24,000 bases of DNA from an uncultured Methanomicrobia archaeon (GTDB taxonomy: Archaea; Halobacteriota; Bog-38; Methanoflorentales; Methanoflorentaceae), in assembly GCA_964472955.1 (NCBI GenBank), contig CAYYMO010000164.1, positions 11,382 to 35,381 of the forward strand, read 5' to 3'. This document shows positions 16,462 through 24,000 of the stretch, piece after piece. Position 1 is the first letter of the stretch, and the number at the start of each line of letters is the position of its first letter. The notes beneath the pieces were generated by a model. The model had not been told where the DNA came from. It made no database searches and was given only the letters and a program-made list of their open reading frames with translations. A program made the translations under genes and the position numbers.

Positions 16462-17616
16462 GTGAAGACCCAGTTAATTAGAGAGGGCTCGACTGACGTA
16501 TTCGTCCCCGTCCACGATCAAACGACTTCTTTTCCCCCATCATCAGCGTTAGTATTTTATAACCCAAAGATGGAGCTTGGCAGAGATATTAATGTAGCCT
16601 GCATGATGGCCTTCACCGACAACATGAATAAAGCAAGAGATTGTTCATATCTTGATGCGATGGCAGCATCTGGAATACGAGGGATCAGGGTCGCAAACGA
16701 GGCAAACCTATCCGTAACGTTAAATGATTTCCATCCACTAGCTCACAAATTAATTGAACGAAATGTGTGGCATTTAGACCTGAAGGCAGAAGTCACAAAT
16801 ATGGATGCGAACGTCCTTATGTCGCAAAGAGGATTCAGTATTGTCGATGTTGATCCATTTGGAACCCCTGCCCAGTTTATCGATGCAGCTTGTAGATCCG
16901 TCCGTAAGATGCTCTGTATTACGGCTACTGATACTGCACCTCTTAGTGGAGCGCATTTTAATGCTGGGATTAGAAGATATGCGGCTGTACCTGCAAACAC
17001 CGAGTATCACGCTGAAAATGGTATTAGAATACTTATTGGTGCTGTAGTCAGAGCTCTCAGTAAATATGATAAATTTGCTCTTCCGTTGCTCTCACATGCA
17101 ACCGCCCATTACTATAGAATTTACCTAAAAATAAGAAGAAACGCCAAATTTGCTAATGAGTGCATTGACGAACTTGGTTTTATTGCTTTCTGTCCGAATT
17201 GCAGGCACAGATCTCACCAAAAAGGACTTGCCCCTTCTATCAGAAATGAGTGTCCCTTTTGTGGGTTTAACGTAAAACTGTCGGGGCCTCTATGGCTTGG
17301 TAAGCTACATGACAGGAGTTTCTGTCAGGCGGTTCTTACTAAGCTTACTGAGGGACATTTTCGGACCAAAAGCCAATCTGAAAGACTTCTTAGATTATGC
17401 AGGGATGAACTTGATGCTGTGTCCTTCTATGACTATCATAAAATAGCTAAGGACCTTAAACTAGCCCCGACGCCGCTAAGCGAATTGATACAAGAATTGA
17501 GATGTAATGGATACCAGGCCTCTAGGACTCACTTTTCAGGTACTTCGATTAAAACAGACGCAAATATACACGTTTTGAAGGCAATACTACGTGAAATTTC
17601 GACTGAACGTTCGTGA
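16462..17616 (+). CDS. trm1: tRNA (guanine26-N2)-dimethyltransferase Trm1
   Basis: 384 aa with a GTG start. The sequence includes ...FYNPKMELGRD..., DAMAASGIRGIR and VDVDPFGTP. A C-terminal Zn-finger reads CPNC...CPFC. Confidence 0.9.
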   Translation: MKTQLIREGSTDVFVPVHDQTTSFPPSSALVFYNPKMELGRDINVACMMAFTDNMNKARDCSYLDAMAASGIRGIRVANEANLSVTLNDFHPLAHKLIERNVWHLDLKAEVTNMDANVLMSQRGFSIVDVDPFGTPAQFIDAACRSVRKMLCITATDTAPLSGAHFNAGIRRYAAVPANTEYHAENGIRILIGAVVRALSKYDKFALPLLSHATAHYYRIYLKIRRNAKFANECIDELGFIAFCPNCRHRSHQKGLAPSIRNECPFCGFNVKLSGPLWLGKLHDRSFCQAVLTKLTEGHFRTKSQSERLLRLCRDELDAVSFYDYHKIAKDLKLAPTPLSELIQELRCNGYQASRTHFSGTSIKTDANIHVLKAILREISTERS

Positions 17617-18010
17617 AAGTGCTTAAAATCTCTGGAAAACAGCGTATAATGTTGATCACGTTATGCAATCAGAAGGTTAAGCATTGTTGTGAATTGGCCG
17701 CAGCATGAGAAGGCTCCTCTTGCGGGGAGTTTGAGTATAGGTTTCCTATGTCCATAAATATTAGAATTTATTCAGTTGTTTTGCATTTCATCGATTTTTT
17801 AATGAAGCACTAATTCAACCTTTGCACATCTGCACGGGACTGCCACACCAGAAGAACATAGTGTGATACTCCAGGCGTGTCCCCTTACTGCTCAGTGTAT
17901 CTCATTCCTTCCGAATCTGAAAGGTTCTCCCTAAAGCAAATCGTAATTCGAGTTGTTAGAGGTTCGGGAATAAAGCAAAATAACGAACAATCCAGTAACT
18001 AACTGATAGT

Positions 18011-18616
18011 CTACATACCTATAGTCTTTCTTATCACTTGCGTAAATACAAGCGAGGTGAGCAGGTACCAAATGATCCACACAGGCAGGATGGAGATCGT
18101 GTGTGTATAATTGAGCGTTCCCAAGTACGGCATTGTTATTGTTCGTGATATCTCTGCGGGAAGCTGCGCGTAATACAAGAGATAATTCAGCCACCCGAAC
18201 ACTGGAAGAGAGAGTACGAGTATGTACGGCATTGGTTTCATAGACTGCATTTGGACATCCATACTAAGCTCCATGATCTCTGCTCTCTCTTTTTCCAACT
18301 TTTTAAGCTTAGCCTTATCACCTGCAAGCTGTGCCTCACGGAAAGCCTTTTGAAATTCTCTCATCTTGGTCTGTGATTCTTTAACTACACTTTGATCTAC
18401 GGACCGATTCAGAATAAGCGATGAGTAAGCTCCTGTTATGACTGACATTATCAATATCACTATAAACAGGGGGATATGCCAGCTAGTCACAACAGGGCCA
18501 AGAACCTGGTTCACGCCGTGACCCACAGGTATCCTCAAGTACGCGTACACCAGCATCATGATGAGATAAACAACCAAGACTCTCGACATAGAGCCCGTCA
18601 TAGATTTTTTTGCCAT
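18011..18616 (-). CDS. DUF106 / EMC3-TMCO1-like membrane protein (archaeal YidC/Oxa1-like insertase candidate)
   Basis: 201 aa. It has three hydrophobic segments and a charged coiled-coil insert (KMREFQKAFREAQLAGDKAKLKKLEKERAEIMEL...MQSMKPM), the layout typical of the Mj0480-type DUF106 family. Confidence 0.7.
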   Translation of the reverse strand: MAKKSMTGSMSRVLVVYLIMMLVYAYLRIPVGHGVNQVLGPVVTSWHIPLFIVILIMSVITGAYSSLILNRSVDQSVVKESQTKMREFQKAFREAQLAGDKAKLKKLEKERAEIMELSMDVQMQSMKPMPYILVLSLPVFGWLNYLLYYAQLPAEISRTITMPYLGTLNYTHTISILPVWIIWYLLTSLVFTQVIRKTIGM

Positions 18617-18766
18617 GTTGTTTCCTTAGTCCATCCCTTTAGATACGGATAATTAATCCGTCTACAATTATATAGGTTTTTGCGCGACGAGCAATTACCT
18701 GGTAATAAAGATGGAAGCCATATCTTGTCCGAATCCTTAGCGCTTTAACTGAAGAGACGAGAGAAC

Positions 18767-19525
18767 TCAAGATATTCTCTTTCCAAAGGCGAACGTGGGC
18801 TTTATGTCCGTTACTTTAACCGTTAAAACTTCATCTTTTTTAGTATCTGGCACGATGACGATGAAATCATTTATTTTGGCTATGCCGTCGCCCGCTTCGC
18901 CTATAGTCTCGATCCGAACCTTATAGACGGCATTTAGATTAACTGGCACTTTTAAAAACTTCTTCCCGATAACATATATCTCAGCACTCTGCTTTCTTGA
19001 AGCTTCAGGATTAAATGCCTTCACAAAGCTAAAGTTCTCTCTCACCGTTTTTAAAAACTCATCGAACAAATCTCCTTGAAAGACTTTTATGATAAGAGCC
19101 CCACCAGGTTTCAAAATCTGTTTAGCTATATTCAAGGCTGAAGTAGAGAGTTCAATTGAACGAGCGTGATCTACACTCCATACCCCACTTAGATTCGGAG
19201 CAGCGTCTGAAATCACGACGTCAACTTTTCGCGCGACGTTTTGTATCTTCTCTATTGTTCCTGGATCGGTTATATCGCCTTTTATAAGTGTTATTCCGTT
19301 TATTGGCGTTATCTGTTGTATGTCAACTCCAATAGCAGTTGCATGTAAATCTTTGATAATCTGTAGCCAGCCTCCAGGAGCCGCCCCAAGATCGACAACA
19401 ACGTCATCATCGTGTATAACTTCAAATCGTCGCTGTATCTGTTGGAGCTTATATGATGCCCGCGATCTATACCCTTCTTTTTTAGCTTTTTTGTAGTAAT
19501 GATCTTTTCTAGATTTGTTTGACAT
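18767..19525 (-). CDS. rlmE: 23S rRNA (uridine-2'-O)-methyltransferase RlmE/FtsJ with C-terminal TRAM domain
   Basis: 252 aa. The sequence includes YRSRASYKL, the SAM site VVDLGAAPGGW, and ISDAAPNLSG. A C-terminal TRAM-like barrel reads GDGIAKINDFIVIVPDTKKDEVLTVKV. Confidence 0.9.
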   Translation of the reverse strand: MSNKSRKDHYYKKAKKEGYRSRASYKLQQIQRRFEVIHDDDVVVDLGAAPGGWLQIIKDLHATAIGVDIQQITPINGITLIKGDITDPGTIEKIQNVARKVDVVISDAAPNLSGVWSVDHARSIELSTSALNIAKQILKPGGALIIKVFQGDLFDEFLKTVRENFSFVKAFNPEASRKQSAEIYVIGKKFLKVPVNLNAVYKVRIETIGEAGDGIAKINDFIVIVPDTKKDEVLTVKVTDIKPTFAFGKRIS

Positions 19526-19654
19526 TCTGATGTAACATTTTCCAATATAATTGTCATTCGATAAATATTCTTCAGAACTGGTTGGATAATTATTAATGAT
19601 ATAAATAGTAAATCTTAGAATAGTTCAAGCAAAATCAACACCGTAAGCACACAT

Positions 19655-20149
19655 ATGATTAACACTTGGGTTGAATTGGATGGATGGAAGGCAAAGTTAA
19701 GGTTTTCGGCGTGTCATTTCATCCCTGATCATCCTAAGTGCGGGAAACTGCATGGACACACGTATGCGGTAAGTATTAAGATCCTTGGTTCAAAAAATGG
19801 AGATTTCATTGTTGATTTTGAAGATTTAAAAAAAGTTGTTTCTCATGTATGTGATCAACTCGATCATGTCGTTTTGATAGCAACTGATGACGATGAGGTT
19901 GATGTAAAGATAGATGCTTCAGGCTCGGAAGGGCTTGAAGTAATTGTCGGAAAGCGGGCTAAGAGGTACGTATTTCCGAGAGAAGATGTAGTCTTACTTC
20001 CGGTAAAATCAATAAGTGCAGAAGACCTTTGCAGTTACCTAATAGATAAAATATGCGAACAGTTAGATACCAGCAACTTCAGCGAGGTCAAAGTGCGCCT
20101 TGATGAAGGATTGGGACAAGGTGCAGGATGTGCGAAGCGTTTTCTCTGA
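19655..20149 (+). CDS. queD: 6-carboxytetrahydropterin / 6-pyruvoyltetrahydropterin synthase family protein (COG0720; QueD-like)
   Basis: 164 aa. The sequence FSACHF...KCGKLHGHTY contains the C-x3-HGH signature (C29, H33, H35) of the QueD/PTPS-I type. Its role cannot be resolved here: archaeosine precursor synthesis versus the pterin branch. Confidence 0.7.
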   Translation: MINTWVELDGWKAKLRFSACHFIPDHPKCGKLHGHTYAVSIKILGSKNGDFIVDFEDLKKVVSHVCDQLDHVVLIATDDDEVDVKIDASGSEGLEVIVGKRAKRYVFPREDVVLLPVKSISAEDLCSYLIDKICEQLDTSNFSEVKVRLDEGLGQGAGCAKRFL

Positions 20150-20158
20150 CGTTACTGA

Positions 20159-20356
20159 TTAGTTTATAAAGAACTGCGTAAGCCACCATTCCTGTTGAGG
20201 TGAATAAACTCGATTATGACGGTCTCTTATATGATTGCTTAAAGCCGAGGTGAGATTGATATATAAATGCGATTTTGCATTTTTAACAATTTTAAGGGCA
20301 TCGAATATTAAATGCATAGACTTGAGATAGTTGTTTTCTGTTATTAATGGCTTCAT
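20159..20356 (-). CDS. Hypothetical protein (orphan ORF, doubtful)
   Basis: 65 aa with no recognisable motif. It lies in an AT-rich gene-poor stretch and is convergent with queD, with a 9-nt gap. Confidence 0.2.
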   Translation of the reverse strand: MKPLITENNYLKSMHLIFDALKIVKNAKSHLYINLTSALSNHIRDRHNRVYSPQQEWWLTQFFIN

Positions 20357-20397
20357 ACTCTATCGAGTCTTTGAGCTTCTATCAGCGATAATAATGC

Positions 20398-20460
20398 CAC
20401 AGAGCCTCGGTCAGTTGGCTAACCGAATGGAAGTGGGAGGGGTGCAGTCGTACTATGCTT
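20398..20460. repeat. Possible diverged direct repeat, copy A
   Basis: CACAGAGCC (20398-20406) is followed 34 nt later by AGTGGGAG (20432-20439). The same two words occur in the same order in copy B. Confidence 0.25.
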
Positions 20461-20692
20461 TACTAAATTTGTACTAGCTGAGTGGTAATTAAGTGTACGT
20501 CATTAATTCACTGAAAGCTCAATTTTTTTTATGCATAAAACCGCTCGAAGGAAGCAGTATCCGATCCAGTTTGCAAACTCGACGATTTTTTAGATAGGGC
20601 CCAATTTAGTAACCGATGATACCTCCTGGACTACCTATTGTTCCTTTACGTATCTTTTAAAGTAGGTCAGTGTAACTACGTTGAAGCGCGTT

Positions 20693-20755
20693 CACAGAGC
20701 CGAAACAGATAGTTTGTTCTATAGTTGTGAGTGGGAGTGAGAATGCTACAATGGC
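20693..20755. repeat. Possible diverged direct repeat, copy B
   Basis: CACAGAGCC (20693-20701) is followed 37 nt later by AGTGGGAG (20730-20737). This is followed by the GAATGC-n7-GCATTC hairpin. Confidence 0.25.
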
Positions 20756-20994
20756 ATTCAAATAGGAATATAATAATAATGTTATTGCACAAACTACACG
20801 GCATTATATGTTAAAATAATTATGTCGGCAAACACTGCATGATTGTCCCAATTTTGGGGAGTCAGTAATTTCGTTGGACTGTTGACAAAGTAAGAAGTGT
20901 TGATTCCATAGTAAACGAGTTCAGTTTGGAATGATTGGTGTTTGATAAGTGGCTAGAAAGGTCACCGAAATAGACTCGGTTCTATATTACTGAG

Positions 20995-22209
20995 ATGGCA
21001 ACAAAAAAAATTATACAAATAATTAGGCCGCGTGGAACACGAGACTTTAAGCCTGAGGAGATGCGAAAGCGTCGCTTTGTTGAGTTGCAGCTCAGACAGA
21101 TTGCTGAGCTTTGGGGATATAGAGAAATTGCAACGCCTGCATTTGAGCCTCTTGAGTTGTTCACCGTAAAGTCTGGTGAGGCAATAGTCGGGGAGCTTTA
21201 CAGTTTCAAAGATAAAGCTGGACGCTCATTGGCATTACGGCCTGAGCTGACGGCTCCGGTCGCTCGTATGTATGTCAACGAGCTCCAATCTTGTCCAAAA
21301 CCACTCAAGTTTTACTACTTCGGCGATTGCTTCAGGTATGAACGGCCGCAGTCAGGTAGATATCGACAGTTCTGGCAGTTCGGCGTTGAGCTCATAGGCA
21401 GCACGCGACCCGAGGCCGATGCTGAGGTAATTGCACTTTCTCAAGCGATGCTCAAGCGCGTTGGGCTTGAAGTCGATATACACATAGGGTACCTTGACGT
21501 GCTACGCGCTGTCTTTTGTGAACTCGATAACGAAACGTGCGCTCTTGCCATGCGCTTAATAGACAAAGGTGACTTTGAGGGTTTAAAGGGCATTCCCAAT
21601 GGTAATGCTGCGATCAAAATCATTGAGGGAACTGACCCCCTGAGTGAAGCTGAGACTGTAGCGGATATTAGCTACCTATTAACGGTGCTTGAGCTACTTG
21701 ATGGCCTTGGCATAACCTATACTGTTGACTTTGGTATCGCACGAGGGCTTGAGTACTACACCGGCATAGTATTCGAGGCCTATGTAGAAGGTCTTGGGGC
21801 TCAGAATCAGGTCTTAGGAGGCGGTTCATACCGGCTAGCGCATCTTTTTGGTGGTGAAGATGTGCCTGCTATGGGATTTGGAATCGGATTTGATAGGGTG
21901 ATAGCTGCAGTCGATGTGGAGATTGAAGAGCCCGTCCGAGTGATGGTAATCTCAACAGATGACACGCGTCGAGAGGCATTAAAGGTTGTCAGCAGAATTC
22001 GATCTTGCATCTCTGCAGATATAGATCTCATGGGACGGAAGATGGCAGCGCAGCTGTCAACTGCTAATGCTCAGGGCTTTGACTATGCGATCTTCGTAGG
22101 ACACAGAGAAATCATGTCGGGAAATCTGACGCTAAGGGATCTCAAGACGGGTGAACAGGATTCTTTGACTGTGGATGAGATAGTGGAACGATTGGCTAGG
22201 GTAAGGTAA
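20995..22209 (+). CDS. hisS: Histidyl-tRNA synthetase
   Basis: 404 aa. The sequence includes RPRGTRDF, class II motif 2 (FRYERPQSGRYRQFWQFG), GGGSYRL, and motif 3 (GFGIGFDRV). Confidence 0.92.
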   Translation: MATKKIIQIIRPRGTRDFKPEEMRKRRFVELQLRQIAELWGYREIATPAFEPLELFTVKSGEAIVGELYSFKDKAGRSLALRPELTAPVARMYVNELQSCPKPLKFYYFGDCFRYERPQSGRYRQFWQFGVELIGSTRPEADAEVIALSQAMLKRVGLEVDIHIGYLDVLRAVFCELDNETCALAMRLIDKGDFEGLKGIPNGNAAIKIIEGTDPLSEAETVADISYLLTVLELLDGLGITYTVDFGIARGLEYYTGIVFEAYVEGLGAQNQVLGGGSYRLAHLFGGEDVPAMGFGIGFDRVIAAVDVEIEEPVRVMVISTDDTRREALKVVSRIRSCISADIDLMGRKMAAQLSTANAQGFDYAIFVGHREIMSGNLTLRDLKTGEQDSLTVDEIVERLARVR

Positions 22210-22604
22210 GATTCACTATCTCTCGGGGGTGATACAGCAAAGGTCATACGCACTTAAATATTATTGATGTTAAGCATCGTTTCAAAAAGCTCTCACGACG
22301 GCGCTCTGAATAACAGTCTGCACTACATCGAACGGCTTGGGCTCGCATTGGGCCTCGATTATTGGTTAGTGAAGGCGAGAAATCTTTACCGCCGATGATT
22401 TGAGGCTAAACAAAAGAGCATTTGTAATACAGCTTAATATGCTCTGATAATTATAGTATGAGTATAGCAGAATTTGTAAATATACCCAAGGCATTAGCAA
22501 ACTCAAAAAATAATCTATATAAGCTCTAAAGGAGTCTTTGAAGAGAAAAACGACCCATCAAAGAGAGTAGTAGGTCCACCCTTACGCGAGGAGTATCCTA
22601 AGGA

Positions 22605-23081
22605 ATGAGTAATATGAATAAAATTCAGAAGGCGCTTTCAAAGCTCGTACATCCCGTGACCATCATCACTGCCAATCACGAGGGTAAGTTGAGCGGTTTT
22701 ATTGGGACCTGGGTGACGCAAGTCTCCTTCTCGCCGCCTCTTTTCATGGCTGCCATAAACTCACGTCACTACACGTATGAACTTGTGAAAGCGAGTGGCT
22801 CTTTCGCGGTTAACGTTCTTAAATCTGATCAGGCCATTCTCGTAGATTCATTTGGTAAAAGGTCCGGCAAGACAGTAGACAAGTTCGAGAATATTGAATA
22901 TAAGCTCGGAATAACCAGTTCGCCGATACTCGTTGACTGTGTGGCGTACTTCGACTGTCAGATCGTGTGGGAAAAGGAAGCCGGTGACCATCACATAGTG
23001 ATTGGATCGATTGTAGACGCGGATATTAAATCTGGAGGAGAGGCTCTTGTAGAGTCTCCTTCGATGTATAAAAACGTATAG
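22605..23081 (+). CDS. Flavin reductase-like FMN-binding domain protein
   Basis: 158 aa. ...VTIITANHEGKLSGFIGTWVTQVSFSPPLFMAAIN...SGSFAVNVL... is typical of the flavin_reduct split-barrel family. GAGGAG lies upstream. Confidence 0.75.
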   Translation: MSNMNKIQKALSKLVHPVTIITANHEGKLSGFIGTWVTQVSFSPPLFMAAINSRHYTYELVKASGSFAVNVLKSDQAILVDSFGKRSGKTVDKFENIEYKLGITSSPILVDCVAYFDCQIVWEKEAGDHHIVIGSIVDADIKSGGEALVESPSMYKNV

Positions 23082-23120
23082 TTAACTCTATAATCTTTTA
23101 CGCCTGTAGTTCTGGTACAC

Positions 23121-23477
23121 ATGTTAGAGCTTGACTTCAAGAGTGGTTTAATTCCAGTAGCCACACAAGATTACGTTACCGGCGAGGTGTTGATGATAGC
23201 ATTTATGAATGAAGAGGCCTTTAAGGCGACGCTTCAAACGCGATGCGTTCACTATTGGAGCCGCACAAGTAAGAGAGTATGGAAAAAGGGGGAAGTTTCA
23301 GGGCATTTCCAATTTGTGAGGGATATTTTGGTTGATTGTGATCAAGATGCTCTTGTCATCAAGGTCGAACAGATTGTCGCGGCATGCCATGCCGGTTTTA
23401 AGTCTTGCTTTTTCAGAAAAATTGACGGTGAGTTCATTGGGACGAAGGTGTTTAATCCTGACGACGTCTACAAATGA
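23121..23477 (+). CDS. hisI: Phosphoribosyl-AMP cyclohydrolase
   Basis: 118 aa. The sequence reads LIPVATQDYVTGEVLMIAFMNEEAF...HYWSRTSKRVWKKGEVSGHFQ...DCDQDALVIKVEQ..ACHAGFKSCFF. Confidence 0.92.
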   Translation: MLELDFKSGLIPVATQDYVTGEVLMIAFMNEEAFKATLQTRCVHYWSRTSKRVWKKGEVSGHFQFVRDILVDCDQDALVIKVEQIVAACHAGFKSCFFRKIDGEFIGTKVFNPDDVYK

Positions 23478-23625
23478 TAGCAAAATGTGAAGGGGGAGGA
23501 ATTAAGAATATTGTACCTATGAGAAATTTAAGAACATTCACGAAGCATCTATCACCGTTTTTATAAAAATTTGATGATGTTTGTCCTTAACAGGTGTCCT
23601 TGTAGCGAAAATTTATGGAGTATGC

Positions 23626-24000
23626 ATGAAGTACGTTCCGGATACGAGCGTTATAATTGACGGAAGGATTACAAAGCTCATTGAAGAAGGTGAGCTTAAA
23701 GGAGCCACGGTAATCATCCCAGAAGCTGCCATCTCAGAACTTGAGGCGCAAGCAAACCGCGGCCGTGAGATCGGATTTAGGGGATTAAATGAGCTTAAGG
23801 CTCTCGATGAAAAGCGTAGAGCAGGGGAGATAAGTCTCATCTACGCAGGTAAGCGGCCCACTCTTGAGCAGGTGAGGCTTGCGGGTGTCGGCGAAATCGA
23901 TGCAATGATCAGGAAGCTCGCTGTCGACAACGAAGCGACATTCATCACAAGTGATGTCGTGCAGTCCGAGGTCGCTCGAGCGAAAGGCATTGATGTAATG
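23626..24000 (+). CDS. PIN-domain (PINc/VapC-like) ATPase family protein, N-terminal 125 aa; continues beyond right edge
   Basis: Hand translation from the ATG at 23626 gives MKYVPDTSVIIDGRITKLIEEGELKGATVIIPEAAISELEAQANRGREIGFRGLNEL..., which stays open to position 24000. This N-terminus is typical of the archaeal PIN + ATPase (+KH) proteins. It is not in the ORF track because no stop lies in the window. Confidence 0.65.
   Translation, partial: MKYVPDTSVIIDGRITKLIEEGELKGATVIIPEAAISELEAQANRGREIGFRGLNELKALDEKRRAGEISLIYAGKRPTLEQVRLAGVGEIDAMIRKLAVDNEATFITSDVVQSEVARAKGIDVM

Noticed and set aside
16743-17047. Three mutually overlapping 78-85-aa ORFs on both strands inside trm1
   Set aside because: The Trm1 frame is unambiguous (SAM-binding and Zn-finger motifs). 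The others are frame shadows.
17931-18194. 87-aa minus-strand ORF partly in the trm1/DUF106 spacer
   Set aside because: About two thirds of it overlaps the DUF106 coding region in another frame. It has no start context and no motif.
19309-19557. 82-aa minus-strand ORF overlapping the rlmE start
   Set aside because: It is an alternative frame of the rlmE 5' region. The RlmE frame carries the conserved motifs.
20611-20622. CCGATGAT words here and at 22392-22399, considered as C-boxes of C/D-box sRNAs
   Set aside because: The sequence is GAUGAU, not the RUGAUGA consensus. No appropriately spaced CUGA D-box or terminal stem was found.
23613-23840. 75-aa minus-strand ORF
   Set aside because: It is antisense to the PIN-domain ATPase frame, which has clear family features.
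1-24000. Whole-window check for CRISPR arrays, tRNA/rRNA genes, transposases, integrases and defence-system hallmarks
   Set aside because: No regularly spaced direct repeats, no cloverleaf-capable GC-rich ~75-nt segments and no recombinase or nuclease-helicase gene sets were seen. The HD and PIN proteins fit housekeeping archaeal families in conserved-looking operon contexts.

Overview
This window reads as a gene-dense archaeal chromosomal segment: 26 CDS by my calls, about 85% coding, and low-40s %GC by eye. It most likely comes from a tetrahydromethanopterin (H4MPT)/F420-using euryarchaeote, methanogen- or ANME-like. All family calls rest on motif and architecture recognition in the supplied translations; no database search was run. 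From left to right the content is as follows. (1) Three glycosyltransferases on the minus strand; the first is cut by the window edge and is missing from the ORF track. (2) Translation and RNA-modification housekeeping genes: archaeal MtaB-type methylthiotransferase, archaeal ThrRS with an N-terminal editing domain, Trm1, RlmE-TRAM, a QueD/PTPS-family protein and HisRS. (3) A pterin/deazaflavin cofactor block at 6.3-13 kb: a DHPS-like pterin-binding protein, a PHP phosphoesterase, a DmrX-type iron-sulfur flavoprotein, DUF447, a CitG-like protein, a NifR3-like TIM barrel fused to an 8-Cys 'methanogenesis marker 9'-type domain, and CofD. (4) A translationally coupled HD-hydrolase / LpdD-like / UbiX / UbiD operon (prenylated-FMN module). 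(5) A DUF106 (YidC/EMC3-like) membrane protein, a flavin-reductase-like protein, HisI, and the 5' part of a PIN-domain ATPase that runs off the right edge. I found no rRNA, tRNA, CRISPR array, transposase, integrase or recognisable defence island. First genes of transcription units mostly sit 20-35 bp downstream of AT-only TATA-like boxes, implying short or absent leaders. Internal operon genes carry purine-rich SD-like sites. Several starts are TTG or GTG. I do not see a clear-cut new 'system'. The two best candidates for unexplored biology are the operon that links three function-unknown families to the terminal methanopterin reductase, and the HD-LpdD-UbiX-UbiD operon. Three unusually long non-coding stretches (17617-18010, 20150-20994, 22210-22604) remain unexplained.
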